A DNA stretch of 60,221 bases, the filler included. It is 4 parts of 4 records of this genome, joined end to end, with 100 filler letters (N's around TTAATTAATTAA, not from the genome) between each part and the next. Parts side by side here need not be neighbours in the genome. Positions count along the whole stretch, not along the records: positions 1 to 16,021 come from DRR723986_6975; positions 16,122 to 36,422 come from DRR723986_6978; 2 more parts are not named here. One strand, 5' to 3'. A program made the position numbers and the translations under genes. Shown in pieces: positions 9,770-20,438 of the stretch. The notes beneath the pieces are model-generated. The model saw nothing but the letters and a program-made list of their open reading frames with translations, was not told the DNA's origin and did no database searches. Within the stretch, counting starts at the first letter, position 1. Each line of letters starts with the position of its first letter.

Positions 9770-11113
9770 TCAGACGGCAGCTTCGACCGCCGCCACGACC
9801 TCGCCCACGACGTTGCGCAACAGACCCTCGTCCTCGCATTCCGCCATCACGCGGATCAGCGGTTCCGTGCCCGACTTGCGGATCAGCAAGCGGCCGGATC
9901 CCTCCAGCCGCGCCTCGGCCTCGGCAATGGCCTGCTGTACCTGCGCCTCTTCAAGCGGCGTCTGCCCTGCCGCGAAACGAACGTTCTGCAACAGTTGCGG
10001 CACACGTTCGAAGCTGCGCGCCAGATCGCTTGCGCGTTTGCCGGTGCGGGTCATCTCGGCCAGGAATTGCAGCCCCGCTATCAGCCCGTCACCGGTGGTA
10101 GCATAGTCGGTCATCACGATATGGCCCGACTGCTCGCCCCCCAGGTTCAGCCCGTATTGACGCATCGCCTCGACCACGTAGCGGTCGCCAACCGGCGTCC
10201 GGTGCAGGTTGATCGCCCGGTCCGCCAGATAGCGTTCCAGCCCCAGGTTCGACATCACAGTTGCCGCCAGCGTGTGGCCCTTCAGGCGGCCTTCCTCGGC
10301 CCATCTATTAGCAAACAGCGCCATGATCTGGTCGCCATCGGCGACCTCTCCGTTTTCGTCGATGATCACCACCCGGTCGGCATCGCCATCAAGGCAGATG
10401 CCCAGATCGGCCCGCGTCTCGCGGATCAGGGCCTGCGCGGCGTCGGGCTTGGTCGAGCCCACGCCATCGTTGATGTTAAGCCCATTGGGCGTGACACCTA
10501 GCGGAATGACTTCGGCGCCCAGTTCCCAAAGCACCTCGGGCGCGGCCTTGTAGGCGGCACCGTTGGCGCAGTCGATCACCACCCGCAGCCCATCAAGGCT
10601 GAGACCTTGCGGAAAGGTGCCCTTGACCCGTTCCACATAGCGCGCGCGGCCGTCGTCGATACGCTTGGCACGCCCGATATTCTCGGCTTGTGCGGGCTGG
10701 ATGTCGGAAAACACCAGCCGCTCAATCTCCATCTCTGCCTCGTCCGACAGCTTGAACCCGTCGGGGCCAAAGAACTTGATGCCGTTGTCCGTCGCTGGAT
10801 TGTGGCTGGCGGAAATCATCACGCCCAGATCGGCACGCATGGAGGTGGTCAGAAGACCGACGGCGGGCGTCGGCACCGGGCCAAGCAGCAGCACATTCAT
10901 GCCCGTCGAGGTCAGCCCCGCGGTCAGAGCATTCTCGATCATGTAGCCCGACAGCCGTGTGTCCTTGCCGATCACCACCCGGTGGCCCGGGCTTTGGTCG
11001 CGCCGGAAATAGCGCCCCGCAGCGGCGCCCAGTTTCAGCGCCAGTTCCGCCGTCATCGGCGGTGTGTTGGCGCGGCCACGAACGCCGTCGGTGCCAAAGA
11101 GTTTGCGTGTCAT
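9770..11113 (-). CDS. glmM: Phosphoglucosamine mutase
   Basis: [33 protein letters not shown] and RKSGTEP motifs. Confidence 0.97.
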   Translation of the reverse strand: MTRKLFGTDGVRGRANTPPMTAELALKLGAAAGRYFRRDQSPGHRVVIGKDTRLSGYMIENALTAGLTSTGMNVLLLGPVPTPAVGLLTTSMRADLGVMISASHNPATDNGIKFFGPDGFKLSDEAEMEIERLVFSDIQPAQAENIGRAKRIDDGRARYVERVKGTFPQGLSLDGLRVVIDCANGAAYKAAPEVLWELGAEVIPLGVTPNGLNINDGVGSTKPDAAQALIRETRADLGICLDGDADRVVIIDENGEVADGDQIMALFANRWAEEGRLKGHTLAATVMSNLGLERYLADRAINLHRTPVGDRYVVEAMRQYGLNLGGEQSGHIVMTDYATTGDGLIAGLQFLAEMTRTGKRASDLARSFERVPQLLQNVRFAAGQTPLEEAQVQQAIAEAEARLEGSGRLLIRKSGTEPLIRVMAECEDEGLLRNVVGEVVAAVEAAV

Positions 11114-12126
11114 GCCTGTCCCTCTGCTGCCGCGCGCCACAGCGCGATCATTTGTCTATGCACCTGTGTATCATGAACCCGCAGCATCTGGACCCCCTGC
11201 CCAAGTGCCCATAGGCCGATTGCTGCCGATGCCGCCCCCCGGTCGTGAGGATCGGGGATATTGCCGATGCGCCCGATGCTGGCCTTGCGCGAGACACCAA
11301 GCAGGATCGGGCACCCTAGCGCATGGAACAGCGATATCCGCGCAATCAGCGCAAGGTTGTGCGGATCGCGTTTGCCGAAGCCGATGCCGGGATCGACGAG
11401 GATCCTTTCGCGCGGGATACCGGCGGTCTCGGCTGCGGCGACGGATGTTTCAAGGCTGTCATAAACGTCGAGCAGCGCATCCGCGTAATCGGGGTTGTCC
11501 TGCATGGTTTCGGGCAGGCCCTGCGCGTGCATCAGGCAAACCGGCGCGCCGGTTTCGGCGGCAAGGCCTGCCATGGCAGGGTCGAAGGCGAAGGCCGAGA
11601 CATCGTTGATCAGCCCCGCCCCCGCGGTCAGCGCGGCGCGGGCAACGGCGGATTTGCGGGTGTCGATGGAGATCGGCGTTGTGATCCCTGCGGCGCGGAT
11701 TGCCGCGATCACGGGTGCGGTGCGGGCAATTTCTTCGCTGACCGGCACTTCCGCCGCGCCGGGACGGGTGCTCTCGCCGCCAAGGTCAAGGATATGTGCG
11801 CCCTCGTCCAGCATCCGGGTTACCTGTGCCATGGCGGCGTCGGGATTGTTGAACTCTCCTCCGTCGGAAAAGCTGTCGGGTGTCAGGTTCAGGATGCCCA
11901 TGATGCGGGGGGTGTCCAGCGACAGGCCCGCAATCGGCGCGCGGGGGGTGGTCAGGCGGGCAAGCGCTTCGGATGGCACCGCATCGGCAGGGATCACGCG
12001 CGGCGCGCGGCCCCGTGCCAGTTCCTCCACATGGGTGAACCACGCCCAGGTGCCTGCCAGCGGCAGCGCAGCCGCAGGGCGGGCCGGGTCGGTCTGGGCG
12101 ATCGGGCGATAATAGAGCGTCATCAT
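11110..12126 (-). CDS. folP: Dihydropteroate synthase
   Basis: [36 protein letters not shown] and RVHD motifs; ATGA overlap with glmM. Confidence 0.95.
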   Translation of the reverse strand: MMTLYYRPIAQTDPARPAAALPLAGTWAWFTHVEELARGRAPRVIPADAVPSEALARLTTPRAPIAGLSLDTPRIMGILNLTPDSFSDGGEFNNPDAAMAQVTRMLDEGAHILDLGGESTRPGAAEVPVSEEIARTAPVIAAIRAAGITTPISIDTRKSAVARAALTAGAGLINDVSAFAFDPAMAGLAAETGAPVCLMHAQGLPETMQDNPDYADALLDVYDSLETSVAAAETAGIPRERILVDPGIGFGKRDPHNLALIARISLFHALGCPILLGVSRKASIGRIGNIPDPHDRGAASAAIGLWALGQGVQMLRVHDTQVHRQMIALWRAAAEGQA

Positions 12127-12179
12127 TCGGTCCTCTGATTACCGGACCGGATAGCGCCACGGGGCCTTGCGGGCAAGGC

Positions 12180-13103
12180 TCAGAGCGCGGGCATCGCGTC
12201 ATGCTCCAGCACCGTCAGCGCGATATCGGCCTTGGGCGCGGTGCCGCCAAGAAACAGCATCCGTTCCGCTTCAAAGCTTTCGGCAAGCCAAAGCGCCAGC
12301 GCCTCGCCCGACCGGTCAGAGCTTTGCGGTCCATCGACACTGTCGAGCACAAGCTTCGACGGGGCCCAGACCGAAATGCGATCGTGCTTCATTGCCCAGT
12401 CCAGCTCGGTCCGGCTTTCGACAACGACGCAGCGGTCGTCATGGCTGGCCAGAATCCAGGCGTTCTGCTCAATCGCCAGCAGATCAATACGCCGCTGCGG
12501 CATGGCGTGATCGGCCACCGGCACGCCGGTGTCGGGACTGCCCACGCACAGGATCACCGGCGCGCCCTGATCCGCCAGCCGGTCCAGCAGCGCTGCAAGA
12601 TCGGGCCGCGCAATGGCGGCATTGGACAGGAACACCACCAACGGATGCGGCGCGCCGTCTTTCAGCAGGGACAGGCGCGGACGCTCGGGCGCGCTGCGGA
12701 CGATTTCCACGCCTAGCGCAAACGGCCCGCGATCCAGCTTTTCGATCCGCACGAAACAGCGCGCGGCAAGCGGATGGGCCAGGATGCGTTCAGCGATACG
12801 CGCCGCCAGCGTTTCCAGAAGGTTCAGGCGTTCGGCCTGCAATTCGTGGTCGATGGCCTCGGAAATCGTGTCATAGGACAGGATCCGGTCGACATCGTCG
12901 GCATCGGGGTCGGCGGCGGAGCGGACCTCGACCACCACGTTGAAGCGCACCCGCTGCAACAGCCCGCGTTCCTGCTGAAACGCGCCGATCTCGACCTCTC
13001 GTTCGTGATCAGCAAGGCTGATCCGGTCCAGCGGATCATTGCCAGCAGTGGCCTTGGCACGTTCGGACGGGTGCGCGAAGGCGAGGCGGGTTTCGTCGGA
13101 CAT
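12180..13103 (-). CDS. folB: Dihydroneopterin aldolase with C-terminal extension
   Basis: IGAFQQER...QRVRFNV, ILSYD, NLLETLA and VRIEKL FolB motifs, plus about 170 extra residues. Confidence 0.85.
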   Translation of the reverse strand: MSDETRLAFAHPSERAKATAGNDPLDRISLADHEREVEIGAFQQERGLLQRVRFNVVVEVRSAADPDADDVDRILSYDTISEAIDHELQAERLNLLETLAARIAERILAHPLAARCFVRIEKLDRGPFALGVEIVRSAPERPRLSLLKDGAPHPLVVFLSNAAIARPDLAALLDRLADQGAPVILCVGSPDTGVPVADHAMPQRRIDLLAIEQNAWILASHDDRCVVVESRTELDWAMKHDRISVWAPSKLVLDSVDGPQSSDRSGEALALWLAESFEAERMLFLGGTAPKADIALTVLEHDAMPAL

Positions 13104-13210
13104 GGGGCTTGGCCTCCGGGGCCGGTCAGGAAAGTCGCGCCCTTCTAACAGTCAAGCGCACGGGATGCACGACCCAGAGACGTCACTGTTGGCCGGGATT
13201 CCGACCTGGT

Positions 13211-13900
13211 TCAGCGACCCAGATAGAACAGATGCACACCGATCTCGGCGGTCTGGGGGAATTGCTGCGCCCAGGACGGGTTGACCCAGTTGGCGTGGTA
13301 ATGGGTAGCCCCACCGGTCAGGTTGCGCGGGCCGCCGTCGAGCATGATGCGGGAAATGCGGCCAAGCCGTTCATGGATCGCGTGATCGGTCACGGTTTCG
13401 GGGCGGCCGTCACAGGTATAGGTGAACTGGCAGGCAAAGCGCCGCCCGGTGCCCTGATTGACGACGTCGCAAACGGTATCTGGATAATTGGCGTGATCGA
13501 CGCGATTCAGAATGACCTCCGCCACCGCGAACTGGCCCGCCACACTTTCACCGCGCGCCTCGAAATAGAGCGCTTCGGTCAGGCATTGCCATTGCCGCCC
13601 GCCGCGGGCGCGACCCATGGAGTCAAGCTCTGCCGCTGTGTAGGGCGCGACGCTGCCGGTCTGGTCAAGCCCCTGCCCGGAATAGGGCGCGCCAAGCGCC
13701 GACAGGCGCAGCGGGCTGACAGCACGCATACCGCTGTGTTCCTGACCCATCACGGATGTGAAGAGAGAGCCGAGCGAATGTGTCGGGTCAGTGGAGGTGG
13801 AGGCCACGACATCCGCCTGCGCCAAACCGGCGCTGAGAATCAATGCGGTGGCAGCGGCCCTGAAGGCACGCAAGATCTTCGGCTGTCCCATTCTGGGCAT
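13211..13900 (-). CDS. Cell wall hydrolase, SleB/Hydrolase_2 family
   Basis: Signal peptide; CLTEALYFEARGE, AVAEVILNR, CQFTYTCDG, GATHYH and IGVHLFY motifs. Confidence 0.9.
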   Translation of the reverse strand: MPRMGQPKILRAFRAAATALILSAGLAQADVVASTSTDPTHSLGSLFTSVMGQEHSGMRAVSPLRLSALGAPYSGQGLDQTGSVAPYTAAELDSMGRARGGRQWQCLTEALYFEARGESVAGQFAVAEVILNRVDHANYPDTVCDVVNQGTGRRFACQFTYTCDGRPETVTDHAIHERLGRISRIMLDGGPRNLTGGATHYHANWVNPSWAQQFPQTAEIGVHLFYLGR

Positions 13901-14077
13901 CCCCCATTGACCGGTATTCCCGGCTCTGCTTCGACCTCATACTGTTACCGGAAAGGTCGCGGATCGACCAAACCAGAGCACAATCTAGTGACATCCCCTT
14001 AACAACACCCCAACGGATAGACTCCGGGGTGCAGAGAATCATTTGCATGCGTAGATAGTGGCCTGGAAACGCGCCGA

Positions 14078-16021
14078 TTATGTGTCAGCAATGGACAGTT
14101 GTGCGGCTGCAAGTTTGGCAACCGGAACCCGGAAAGGCGAGCAGGACACGTAGTCGAATCCGGCCGATCGGCTGAAGGCAATCGAATCGGGATCGCCGCC
14201 ATGTTCCCCGCAGATCGACAGGGTAATGCCCTGCCGCGCCGCGCGCCCCCGCTCTGCCCCAAGCAGCAGCAACTCGCCCACCCCGTCGCGGTCCAGCCGC
14301 TGGAACGGATCTTCGGGATAGACGCCCTGATTGACATAGGCCGACATGAAGCGCCCGGCATCGTCGCGCGACAAGCCATAGGTCATCTGGGTCAGGTCGT
14401 TGGTGCCGAAGGACAGGAAGGCAGCATGTTCGGCGATTTCGCCCGCCCGCAGCGCGGCGCGGGGCGTTTCCACCATGACGCCCAACCGGTAGGTAAAGTT
14501 CACGCCGGTTTCATTGCGCACGGCGGCGGCGACCGCGTCAACGCGGTCCTTGATCAGTTCGACCTCGCGCTTGGCACTGACAAGCGGAATCATGATCTCC
14601 GGCACCACCGGATCGCCACCCGCTGATGCAGCAACCGTCGCCTCGAAAATGGCGCGGGCCTGCATCTCGTAGATGCCCGGCACGGTGATGCCAAGCCGAA
14701 CGCCCCGCATCCCCAGCATCGGGTTGAATTCCTGAAGGTTTTCGATCCGGGCGGCGACACGGCTGACGGGCAGGTCCAGGGCCTCGGCCAGGGCGCGAAT
14801 GCCATCGCGGTCGCCGGGCAGGAATTCATGCAACGGCGGGTCGAACAGACGGATGCACACCGGCTGGCCCTGCATCAACTTGAAGAGTTCGATGAAATCG
14901 CCGCGTTGCATCGGCAGCAGCCGTTCCAGCGCCGCTTTGCGATCCGCCGGATCTTCGGTGAAGATCATCTCTCGCATCACGGTCAGGCGGATCGGGTCGA
15001 AGAACATGTGCTCGGTCCGGCACAGGCCGATACCATCGACGCCGAAGGTCTGCGCCAGCCGGGCATCCTCGGGCGTGTCGGCATTGGCGCGAATGCCGAT
15101 ATCGCGCGCCGCGTCGGCCCATTCCAGAAGCGTGGCAAACGCCCCGCCCATATCCGGTTCGGTCATCTCGACCGCGCCCACCAGAACCTGGCCGGAACTG
15201 CCGTCGATGGTGATGATGTCGCCCTCGTGAAAAACCTTTCGGCCCGGCACTGTGAGGGTCTTCTTGCGATGATCCAATTGCAGATCGGTGGCACCGGACA
15301 CGCAGGGCACACCCAGGCCACGGGCAATCACCGCCGCGTGGCTGGTCATGCCACCGCGTTCGGTCAGGATGCCTTCGGCGGCATGCATGCCCCGGATATC
15401 CTCGGGGCTGGTTTCGCGGCGCACAAGGATACAGGGTTCGTTCTGCGAATTGGCGGCCTGCGCGGCGGCGGCAGAAAACACGATCTTGCCGGTGGCCGCG
15501 CCGGGCGCGGCGGCAATTCCGCGGGTCAACACGTCGCGCGGGGCCTCCGGGTCAAGCTGGCGGTGCATCATCTGGTTCAGGGTAAAAGGCGCAATGCGCA
15601 TTAGCGCCTCTTCACGGGAAATGACCCCGTCTTCGGCCAGATCGACGGCGATGCGCACATCTGCCCTGGCCGAACGGGGCACCCGGACCGCGTCGAGAAT
15701 GGCCAGCCGTCCTTCCATCAGGGTAAACTCGATCTGCATTTCCTCGCGCAGCCGGGTGCGGATCAGATGGCCCGCATCGCGCAGCGCCGCGACGTGATCG
15801 GGGCAGCGATCCTCCAGCGCCGTACCGCGCGGGTCGGATTCGATGAACTGGGCGTCTGCCTCGCTCAGCGCCGCGCGGCCCTGGCTTTGCGGCAGATAAC
15901 GCCCGGTGATCTGCGGCTCTCCGGTATCGGTCGAGACAAACTGCACCACGCCCGCGCCGGTTTCCTCCTTGCCGATCGACAGCGCCATGCGCTGCACCAC
16001 CAGCCCCAGCCCCGCATCGGC
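14078..16021 (-). CDS. ppdK: Pyruvate phosphate dikinase-like PEP-utilising protein (5' truncated at contig edge)
   Basis: GGMTSHAAV phospho-His motif, GIGLCRTEHMFF, NPMLGMRG, SFGTNDLTQ and CGEHGG; ATP-grasp motifs degenerate. Confidence 0.85.
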   Translation of the reverse strand, partial: ADAGLGLVVQRMALSIGKEETGAGVVQFVSTDTGEPQITGRYLPQSQGRAALSEADAQFIESDPRGTALEDRCPDHVAALRDAGHLIRTRLREEMQIEFTLMEGRLAILDAVRVPRSARADVRIAVDLAEDGVISREEALMRIAPFTLNQMMHRQLDPEAPRDVLTRGIAAAPGAATGKIVFSAAAAQAANSQNEPCILVRRETSPEDIRGMHAAEGILTERGGMTSHAAVIARGLGVPCVSGATDLQLDHRKKTLTVPGRKVFHEGDIITIDGSSGQVLVGAVEMTEPDMGGAFATLLEWADAARDIGIRANADTPEDARLAQTFGVDGIGLCRTEHMFFDPIRLTVMREMIFTEDPADRKAALERLLPMQRGDFIELFKLMQGQPVCIRLFDPPLHEFLPGDRDGIRALAEALDLPVSRVAARIENLQEFNPMLGMRGVRLGITVPGIYEMQARAIFEATVAASAGGDPVVPEIMIPLVSAKREVELIKDRVDAVAAAVRNETGVNFTYRLGVMVETPRAALRAGEIAEHAAFLSFGTNDLTQMTYGLSRDDAGRFMSAYVNQGVYPEDPFQRLDRDGVGELLLLGAERGRAARQGITLSICGEHGGDPDSIAFSRSAGFDYVSCSPFRVPVAKLAAAQLSIADT

Positions 16022-16121
16022 NNNNNNNNNNNNNNNNNNNNNNNNNNNNNNNNNNNNNNNNNNNNTTAATTAATTAANNNNNNNNNNNNNNNNNNNNNNN
16101 NNNNNNNNNNNNNNNNNNNNN
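16022..16121. other. Artificial contig spacer
   Basis: 44 N + TTAATTAATTAA (stops in all six frames) + 44 N. Confidence 0.99.
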
Positions 16122-16159
16122 CTTGAGTTTTTCTTGCCAAATGAAGCAGGGTACGGCGT

Positions 16160-16906
16160 TTAAACGCCCGCCTTGCGCAGGATGTAGATGTCCATGATCC
16201 AGCCATGTTCGGCGCGGGCAGCGGCCCGCATTTCGATGATTTGCTCGGCCACTTCGGCCAGCGGCCCGGCGCAGAGGATCTGCTCTTTCATGCCAACATA
16301 TCCGCCCCACCAGATGTGAACACCTTCGGGCGGCAAAGACTGAAACGCGCAGGTGCCGTCCAGCATGATCGCCAATGTGTCGATGCCCTGAGGCCAGCCT
16401 TCGTCGCGCAGGCGGCGGCCGGTTGTGACCACGAAGGGCGCGCCGATTTCGTTGACGGGGATGGCGTGGGCGGCTGTCAGGGCTTGTAGGGAGGTGATGC
16501 CCGCGATCACTTCGATTTGCGGGGGCGGCGACAGTCGTGAGGCGATGCGCAGAGTGCTGTCGTAAAGTGACGGATCGCCCCAGACCAAAAGCGCGACCTT
16601 TTCCACCTTGGGATGCGCCGCGATTGCCTTTTGCCAACACTGCGCAATGGCATCGTGCCAGTCGTCCACCCGTTGCCGGTAATCCGCTGTCGCCTCATCC
16701 CGCACGGGCAGGTCAAAACCGGTGATTTGGGTCTGCGGGTTGGTCAGCACCTCATCACAGATTGCACGGCGCAATTCTGCGAGGTCGGCCTTTCCTTCGC
16801 CTTTGTGCGGGATCAGGATCAGATCTTGGGCATTGATGGCCCGGATGGCTTGCAAGGTCAGGTGTTCGGGATTGCCGGTGCCGATACCGATGAGGGTGAG
16901 TTTCAT
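16160..16906 (-). CDS. cobF: Precorrin-6A synthase (deacetylating)
   Basis: LIGIGTGNPEHLT, LVWGDPSLYDSTLRI and HGWIMDIY motifs. Confidence 0.93.
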   Translation of the reverse strand: MKLTLIGIGTGNPEHLTLQAIRAINAQDLILIPHKGEGKADLAELRRAICDEVLTNPQTQITGFDLPVRDEATADYRQRVDDWHDAIAQCWQKAIAAHPKVEKVALLVWGDPSLYDSTLRIASRLSPPPQIEVIAGITSLQALTAAHAIPVNEIGAPFVVTTGRRLRDEGWPQGIDTLAIMLDGTCAFQSLPPEGVHIWWGGYVGMKEQILCAGPLAEVAEQIIEMRAAARAEHGWIMDIYILRKAGV

Positions 16907-16914
16907 GCTTTGGA

Positions 16915-17229
16915 TTATCCCGGAATACGCGCGATGGCGCGGGTGCGCAGTTCGCCCAGCACGCGGGCATCGGCAAATGTGCCGTCCACGGAGGCGTCAT
17001 AGAGCCGCGCGAAGGTGCGCAATTCTTCGAAGTTGGCCTCGGTTATTTTGCCAAAGAGGTAAGCCACTTTTCCGGGGCTGCGAAAGGCGACGGTTTGGGC
17101 GCGGGTGCAGCCGGACATACAATCGACGCCGCGCACCTCAAGGTCTGGCAGGGCCTTTCTCGCCACGTCGACGAAACCGCCATCGGGACTACACGTCCGG
17201 CAAACAAGAAGTTGCACCGGCTCGCTCAT
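16915..17229 (-). CDS. DUF1636 family predicted metal-binding protein
   Basis: LLVCRTC...VDCMSGC...GKVAYLFG...ARIP. Confidence 0.8.
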   Translation of the reverse strand: MSEPVQLLVCRTCSPDGGFVDVARKALPDLEVRGVDCMSGCTRAQTVAFRSPGKVAYLFGKITEANFEELRTFARLYDASVDGTFADARVLGELRTRAIARIPG

Positions 17230-17951
17230 CCGTTCAGCTCCGCCAGCGGGCCATAGAAGATTAGCGCCGGTGTGGTGCTGCTGGTGCTGTCGAGATGTTC
17301 GGCCAGTGTTGCGATGGTAAAGCGGTGCAGCTTTTCGTCGGGGGTTGAGACAGCCTCGGCCAACATCGCCGGGGTATCGCCGGGCAGGCCGTGTTCGATC
17401 AGACGTGCGGCGAGGCCCGGAAAGGTACGCTTGCCCATGTAGATCACGGTTGTGGCCAGCGGATCGGCCAATGCCGCCATGTTCACATCAGGGGGCAAAG
17501 CGCCGGTGACATCAGCGCCGGTGATGAACTGCACGCGCCTTGCACTGAGCCGCCGTGTCAGTGGAATGCCCGCTGTTGCAGCGGCGGCAGAGGCAGAGGT
17601 CACGCCGGGGATGATCTCGAAGGGGATACCCGCCGCCTGGAGTGCGGTAATCTCTTCTTCGAGCCGTCCGAACATGCCGCTGTCGCCGGATTTGAGCCGC
17701 ACAACCCGCAGGCCTGCCTCGGCGTGATCTACCAATACGCGACTGACGTGATCTTGTTTGGGGGAGGCCCGCCCGGCGCGTTTGCCGACGCCAATCAGAT
17801 CTGCATCCGGTTGTGCATGTTCCAAGATCGGTCCGGCGCTGAGGTCGTCAAACAGGATCACCTCGGCCTTTTGCAGACGATCCACCGCCTTGACCGTCAG
17901 CAGATCAGGATCACCGGGGCCAGAGGACACAAAGGAGACAAAACCGGTCAT
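17226..17951 (-). CDS. cobA: Uroporphyrinogen-III C-methyltransferase
   Basis: GPGDPDLLTVKA, VVRLKSGD and IPLTRR motifs. Confidence 0.9.
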   Translation of the reverse strand: MTGFVSFVSSGPGDPDLLTVKAVDRLQKAEVILFDDLSAGPILEHAQPDADLIGVGKRAGRASPKQDHVSRVLVDHAEAGLRVVRLKSGDSGMFGRLEEEITALQAAGIPFEIIPGVTSASAAAATAGIPLTRRLSARRVQFITGADVTGALPPDVNMAALADPLATTVIYMGKRTFPGLAARLIEHGLPGDTPAMLAEAVSTPDEKLHRFTIATLAEHLDSTSSTTPALIFYGPLAELNG

Positions 17952-19273
17952 GTGGCCTCCGCGATCATGTGAAAGAACGTGCCTGTGGCAACGCCGCCGC
18001 CCTCAAAGGGGCGGACCGATCCGGTTTCTGGCACGGCCAGATCATTGCTGTCGCTGATCGCGGCGAGGGGTGCGTCAGGTTCGTCCAGAATGGTGGCATA
18101 GTGAAACTCATGCCCACGCAACTGGCTTCGGGCGCTATGGCCGGGGATCGCCGCGTTCAGATCCGCCTTGCGATAGCCAAGGTGGAACTTGCGTTTCTCA
18201 AAAGATGTCTCCAGACCCAAAAGTCCGGTCATCTGGTGGCGATTGCCCTCTTTATCCACCAGTCCCGCGCCCATGGCCATGTAGCCACCGCATTCGCCAT
18301 GCACGGGTTTGGTTTGGGCAAAAGCTTGCAGACCGGTGCGGAAAGTCTCCGCCGCTGCCAGCTTTCCAGCGTGCAATTCGGGATAACCGCCGGGCAACCA
18401 GCAAATATCTGCACTGGCGTCCGGTGCCTCATCGCGAAGCGGCGAGAATGGCAGAACCTCGGCCCCTGCCGCCCGCCAACCGGCCAGCAGATGCGGATAG
18501 ACAAAGGCAAAGGCATCATCGCGGGCCAGTGCAATGCGCTGACCAGGAGGCGTGATTCTTGTTGGTAGCGGCGCCTCCTTCATGGTGCCTGCCGCGGCTG
18601 CACGCAGGGCAGCCAGATCAACATGTTCGGCAACAAAGGTCGCCGCCTCGGCCAGAAGTTCAGGCAGGTTTTCCTGTTCACCCGCCTGTACCAGACCAAG
18701 GTGGCGTTCGGGCATTTCGATCTCTTTGCGGCGCGGCAGGGATCCCAGAACACGTACGCCCACCTGATCCATGCCGACCCGCACCAAAGTTTCGTGGCGC
18801 GGGGATGCAACACGGTTCAGCACCACTCCGGCCAAGGTCACATCAGGGCGCATCTGTTTGAAGCCAAGCGCCGTGGCCGCCACCGATTGCGCAGCGCCGG
18901 AGACATCCAGAACCAGAACAACAGGCCATCCCATCAGGGCCGCGGTATCCGCGCTGGCCCCGTTGCCGCAGGCGCCGGGCACAGCCACGCCATCGAACAG
19001 ACCCATGGACCCTTCAGCAAGGATAAGATCGGCACCATCGGCGTTGCCAACCAAACCGTCGATCATGGCACGGTCCATGGACCAGCTGTCGAGGTTAAAG
19101 GACGCGCGGCCAGAGGCAGCCGTGTGGAAAGCCGGATCAATATAATCCGGGCCGCTCTTGAAGGGTTGTACATTCACGCCCTGCCCGCGCAATGCGGCCA
19201 GGAGACCCAGCATAAGGGTGGTTTTTCCAGTGCCGGAGGACGGCGCAGATATCAGCAGGCCGGGGGGGATCAT
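17948..19273 (-). CDS. cobB: Hydrogenobyrinate a,c-diamide synthase
   Basis: [36 protein letters not shown] and GHEFHY motifs. Confidence 0.95.
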   Translation of the reverse strand: MIPPGLLISAPSSGTGKTTLMLGLLAALRGQGVNVQPFKSGPDYIDPAFHTAASGRASFNLDSWSMDRAMIDGLVGNADGADLILAEGSMGLFDGVAVPGACGNGASADTAALMGWPVVLVLDVSGAAQSVAATALGFKQMRPDVTLAGVVLNRVASPRHETLVRVGMDQVGVRVLGSLPRRKEIEMPERHLGLVQAGEQENLPELLAEAATFVAEHVDLAALRAAAAGTMKEAPLPTRITPPGQRIALARDDAFAFVYPHLLAGWRAAGAEVLPFSPLRDEAPDASADICWLPGGYPELHAGKLAAAETFRTGLQAFAQTKPVHGECGGYMAMGAGLVDKEGNRHQMTGLLGLETSFEKRKFHLGYRKADLNAAIPGHSARSQLRGHEFHYATILDEPDAPLAAISDSNDLAVPETGSVRPFEGGGVATGTFFHMIAEAT

Positions 19274-20055
19274 TCTGCGGTCTCCGGGAAGCGGGGGTCG
19301 GTGCCGACAGGGCGGAAACGGCGGTCATAATCGCCCGCGTAAAGGCGGCTTTCGCCAAAGTCTTCTGCACCGATGGCATGGCCGACGAGGATCAGCGCCG
19401 TGCGCTCCATCTCGGCGCCGATGGCGGTTTTCAGGGTGGCGAGGGTGGCTTTGACGATGCGCTGGTCCGGCCAACTGGCCCGCCAGACCACGGCGACAGG
19501 GCAATCGTCGCCATAATGGGGTGTCAGGTCTTCCACGACTTTGTCCAGCACATGCACTGACAAGTGGATGGCAAGGGTTGCACCGGTTTTGGCAAAGTTT
19601 TCCAAGGCTTCGGTTTCCGGCATCGCCGTGGCGCGGCCAGAGGTGCGGGTCAGGACAACCGATTGCACCACGCCCGGCAAGGTCAGTTCGGCATTCAGTG
19701 CAGCAGCGGCAGCAGCAAATGACGGCACCCCCGGCGTGACGTCATAGGGAATGTCCAGCGCCCGCAGACGGCGCAGCTGTTCCCCCATCGCGGACCAGAC
19801 CGACAGATCGCCCGAATGCAGCCGCGCAATATCCTGACCCTCTGCATGGGCGGCGGCGATTTCTTCCATGATTTCGTCCAGCGACATGCGAGCCGTGTTC
19901 ACGATCTTCGCCCCCTCGGGGCAGTGGCCCAGCAGCGCCTCCGGCACCAGCGATCCGGCATAGAGGCAGACCGGGCAAGCCGCGATCAGGTCGCGCCCGC
20001 GAAGGGTGATAAGATCCGGCGCGCCGGGGCCTGCACCAATGAAATGAACGGTCAT
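19270..20055 (-). CDS. cobM: Precorrin-4 C11-methyltransferase
   Basis: [26 protein letters not shown] and RLHSGDLS motifs. Confidence 0.95.
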   Translation of the reverse strand: MTVHFIGAGPGAPDLITLRGRDLIAACPVCLYAGSLVPEALLGHCPEGAKIVNTARMSLDEIMEEIAAAHAEGQDIARLHSGDLSVWSAMGEQLRRLRALDIPYDVTPGVPSFAAAAAALNAELTLPGVVQSVVLTRTSGRATAMPETEALENFAKTGATLAIHLSVHVLDKVVEDLTPHYGDDCPVAVVWRASWPDQRIVKATLATLKTAIGAEMERTALILVGHAIGAEDFGESRLYAGDYDRRFRPVGTDPRFPETAE

Positions 20056-20069
20056 GGGAAGTGATTCCT

Positions 20070-20438
20070 TTAGCTTTCGGCGATAGCGGCGGTGGCCATA
20101 CCATCGCCCGAGATAACACGCTGTACAACCAACTGCGCTTGTGGACCAGCGGCGGCAAGAGCGGCAGCTTCGGCCAGTGATCCGGTGCCAAAACGATCTT
20201 GGATGCGCTGAGATTGTGTCGGGGTGATCATCTGCTCCAGATCGGACTGGGTGACCCCCAAGCCGGGCAGTTGCAGCAGTTGCGCCAGTTCGCGAAATGC
20301 AGGTTCGCGGGATTTGGCCGCCTCGCTGACCAATGCGTCAAGCGTGCCGCCGCCCGCCGCATCCAAGGCGCGTTGCAGGGCGTCTTGCAGGCTGGCCAAA
20401 CCCGCCGCGCCGCGAAATCCGATACCGGCGACCCTCAT
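20070..20438 (-). CDS. cobE: CobE / CbiG C-terminal domain protein
   Basis: MRVAGIGFR...[11 protein letters not shown]...ATAAIA; ATGA overlap with cobL. Confidence 0.85.
   Translation of the reverse strand: MRVAGIGFRGAAGLASLQDALQRALDAAGGGTLDALVSEAAKSREPAFRELAQLLQLPGLGVTQSDLEQMITPTQSQRIQDRFGTGSLAEAAALAAAGPQAQLVVQRVISGDGMATAAIAES

Noticed and set aside
13901-14077. Possible CtrA site upstream of the SleB-like gene
   Set aside because: Only a lone TTAAC half-site; no TTAA-N7-TTAAC match.
16066-16077. TTAATTAATTAA palindrome recurring three times in N-runs (also 36467-36478 and 47885-47896)
   Set aside because: Artificial six-frame stop linker, not a biological repeat.
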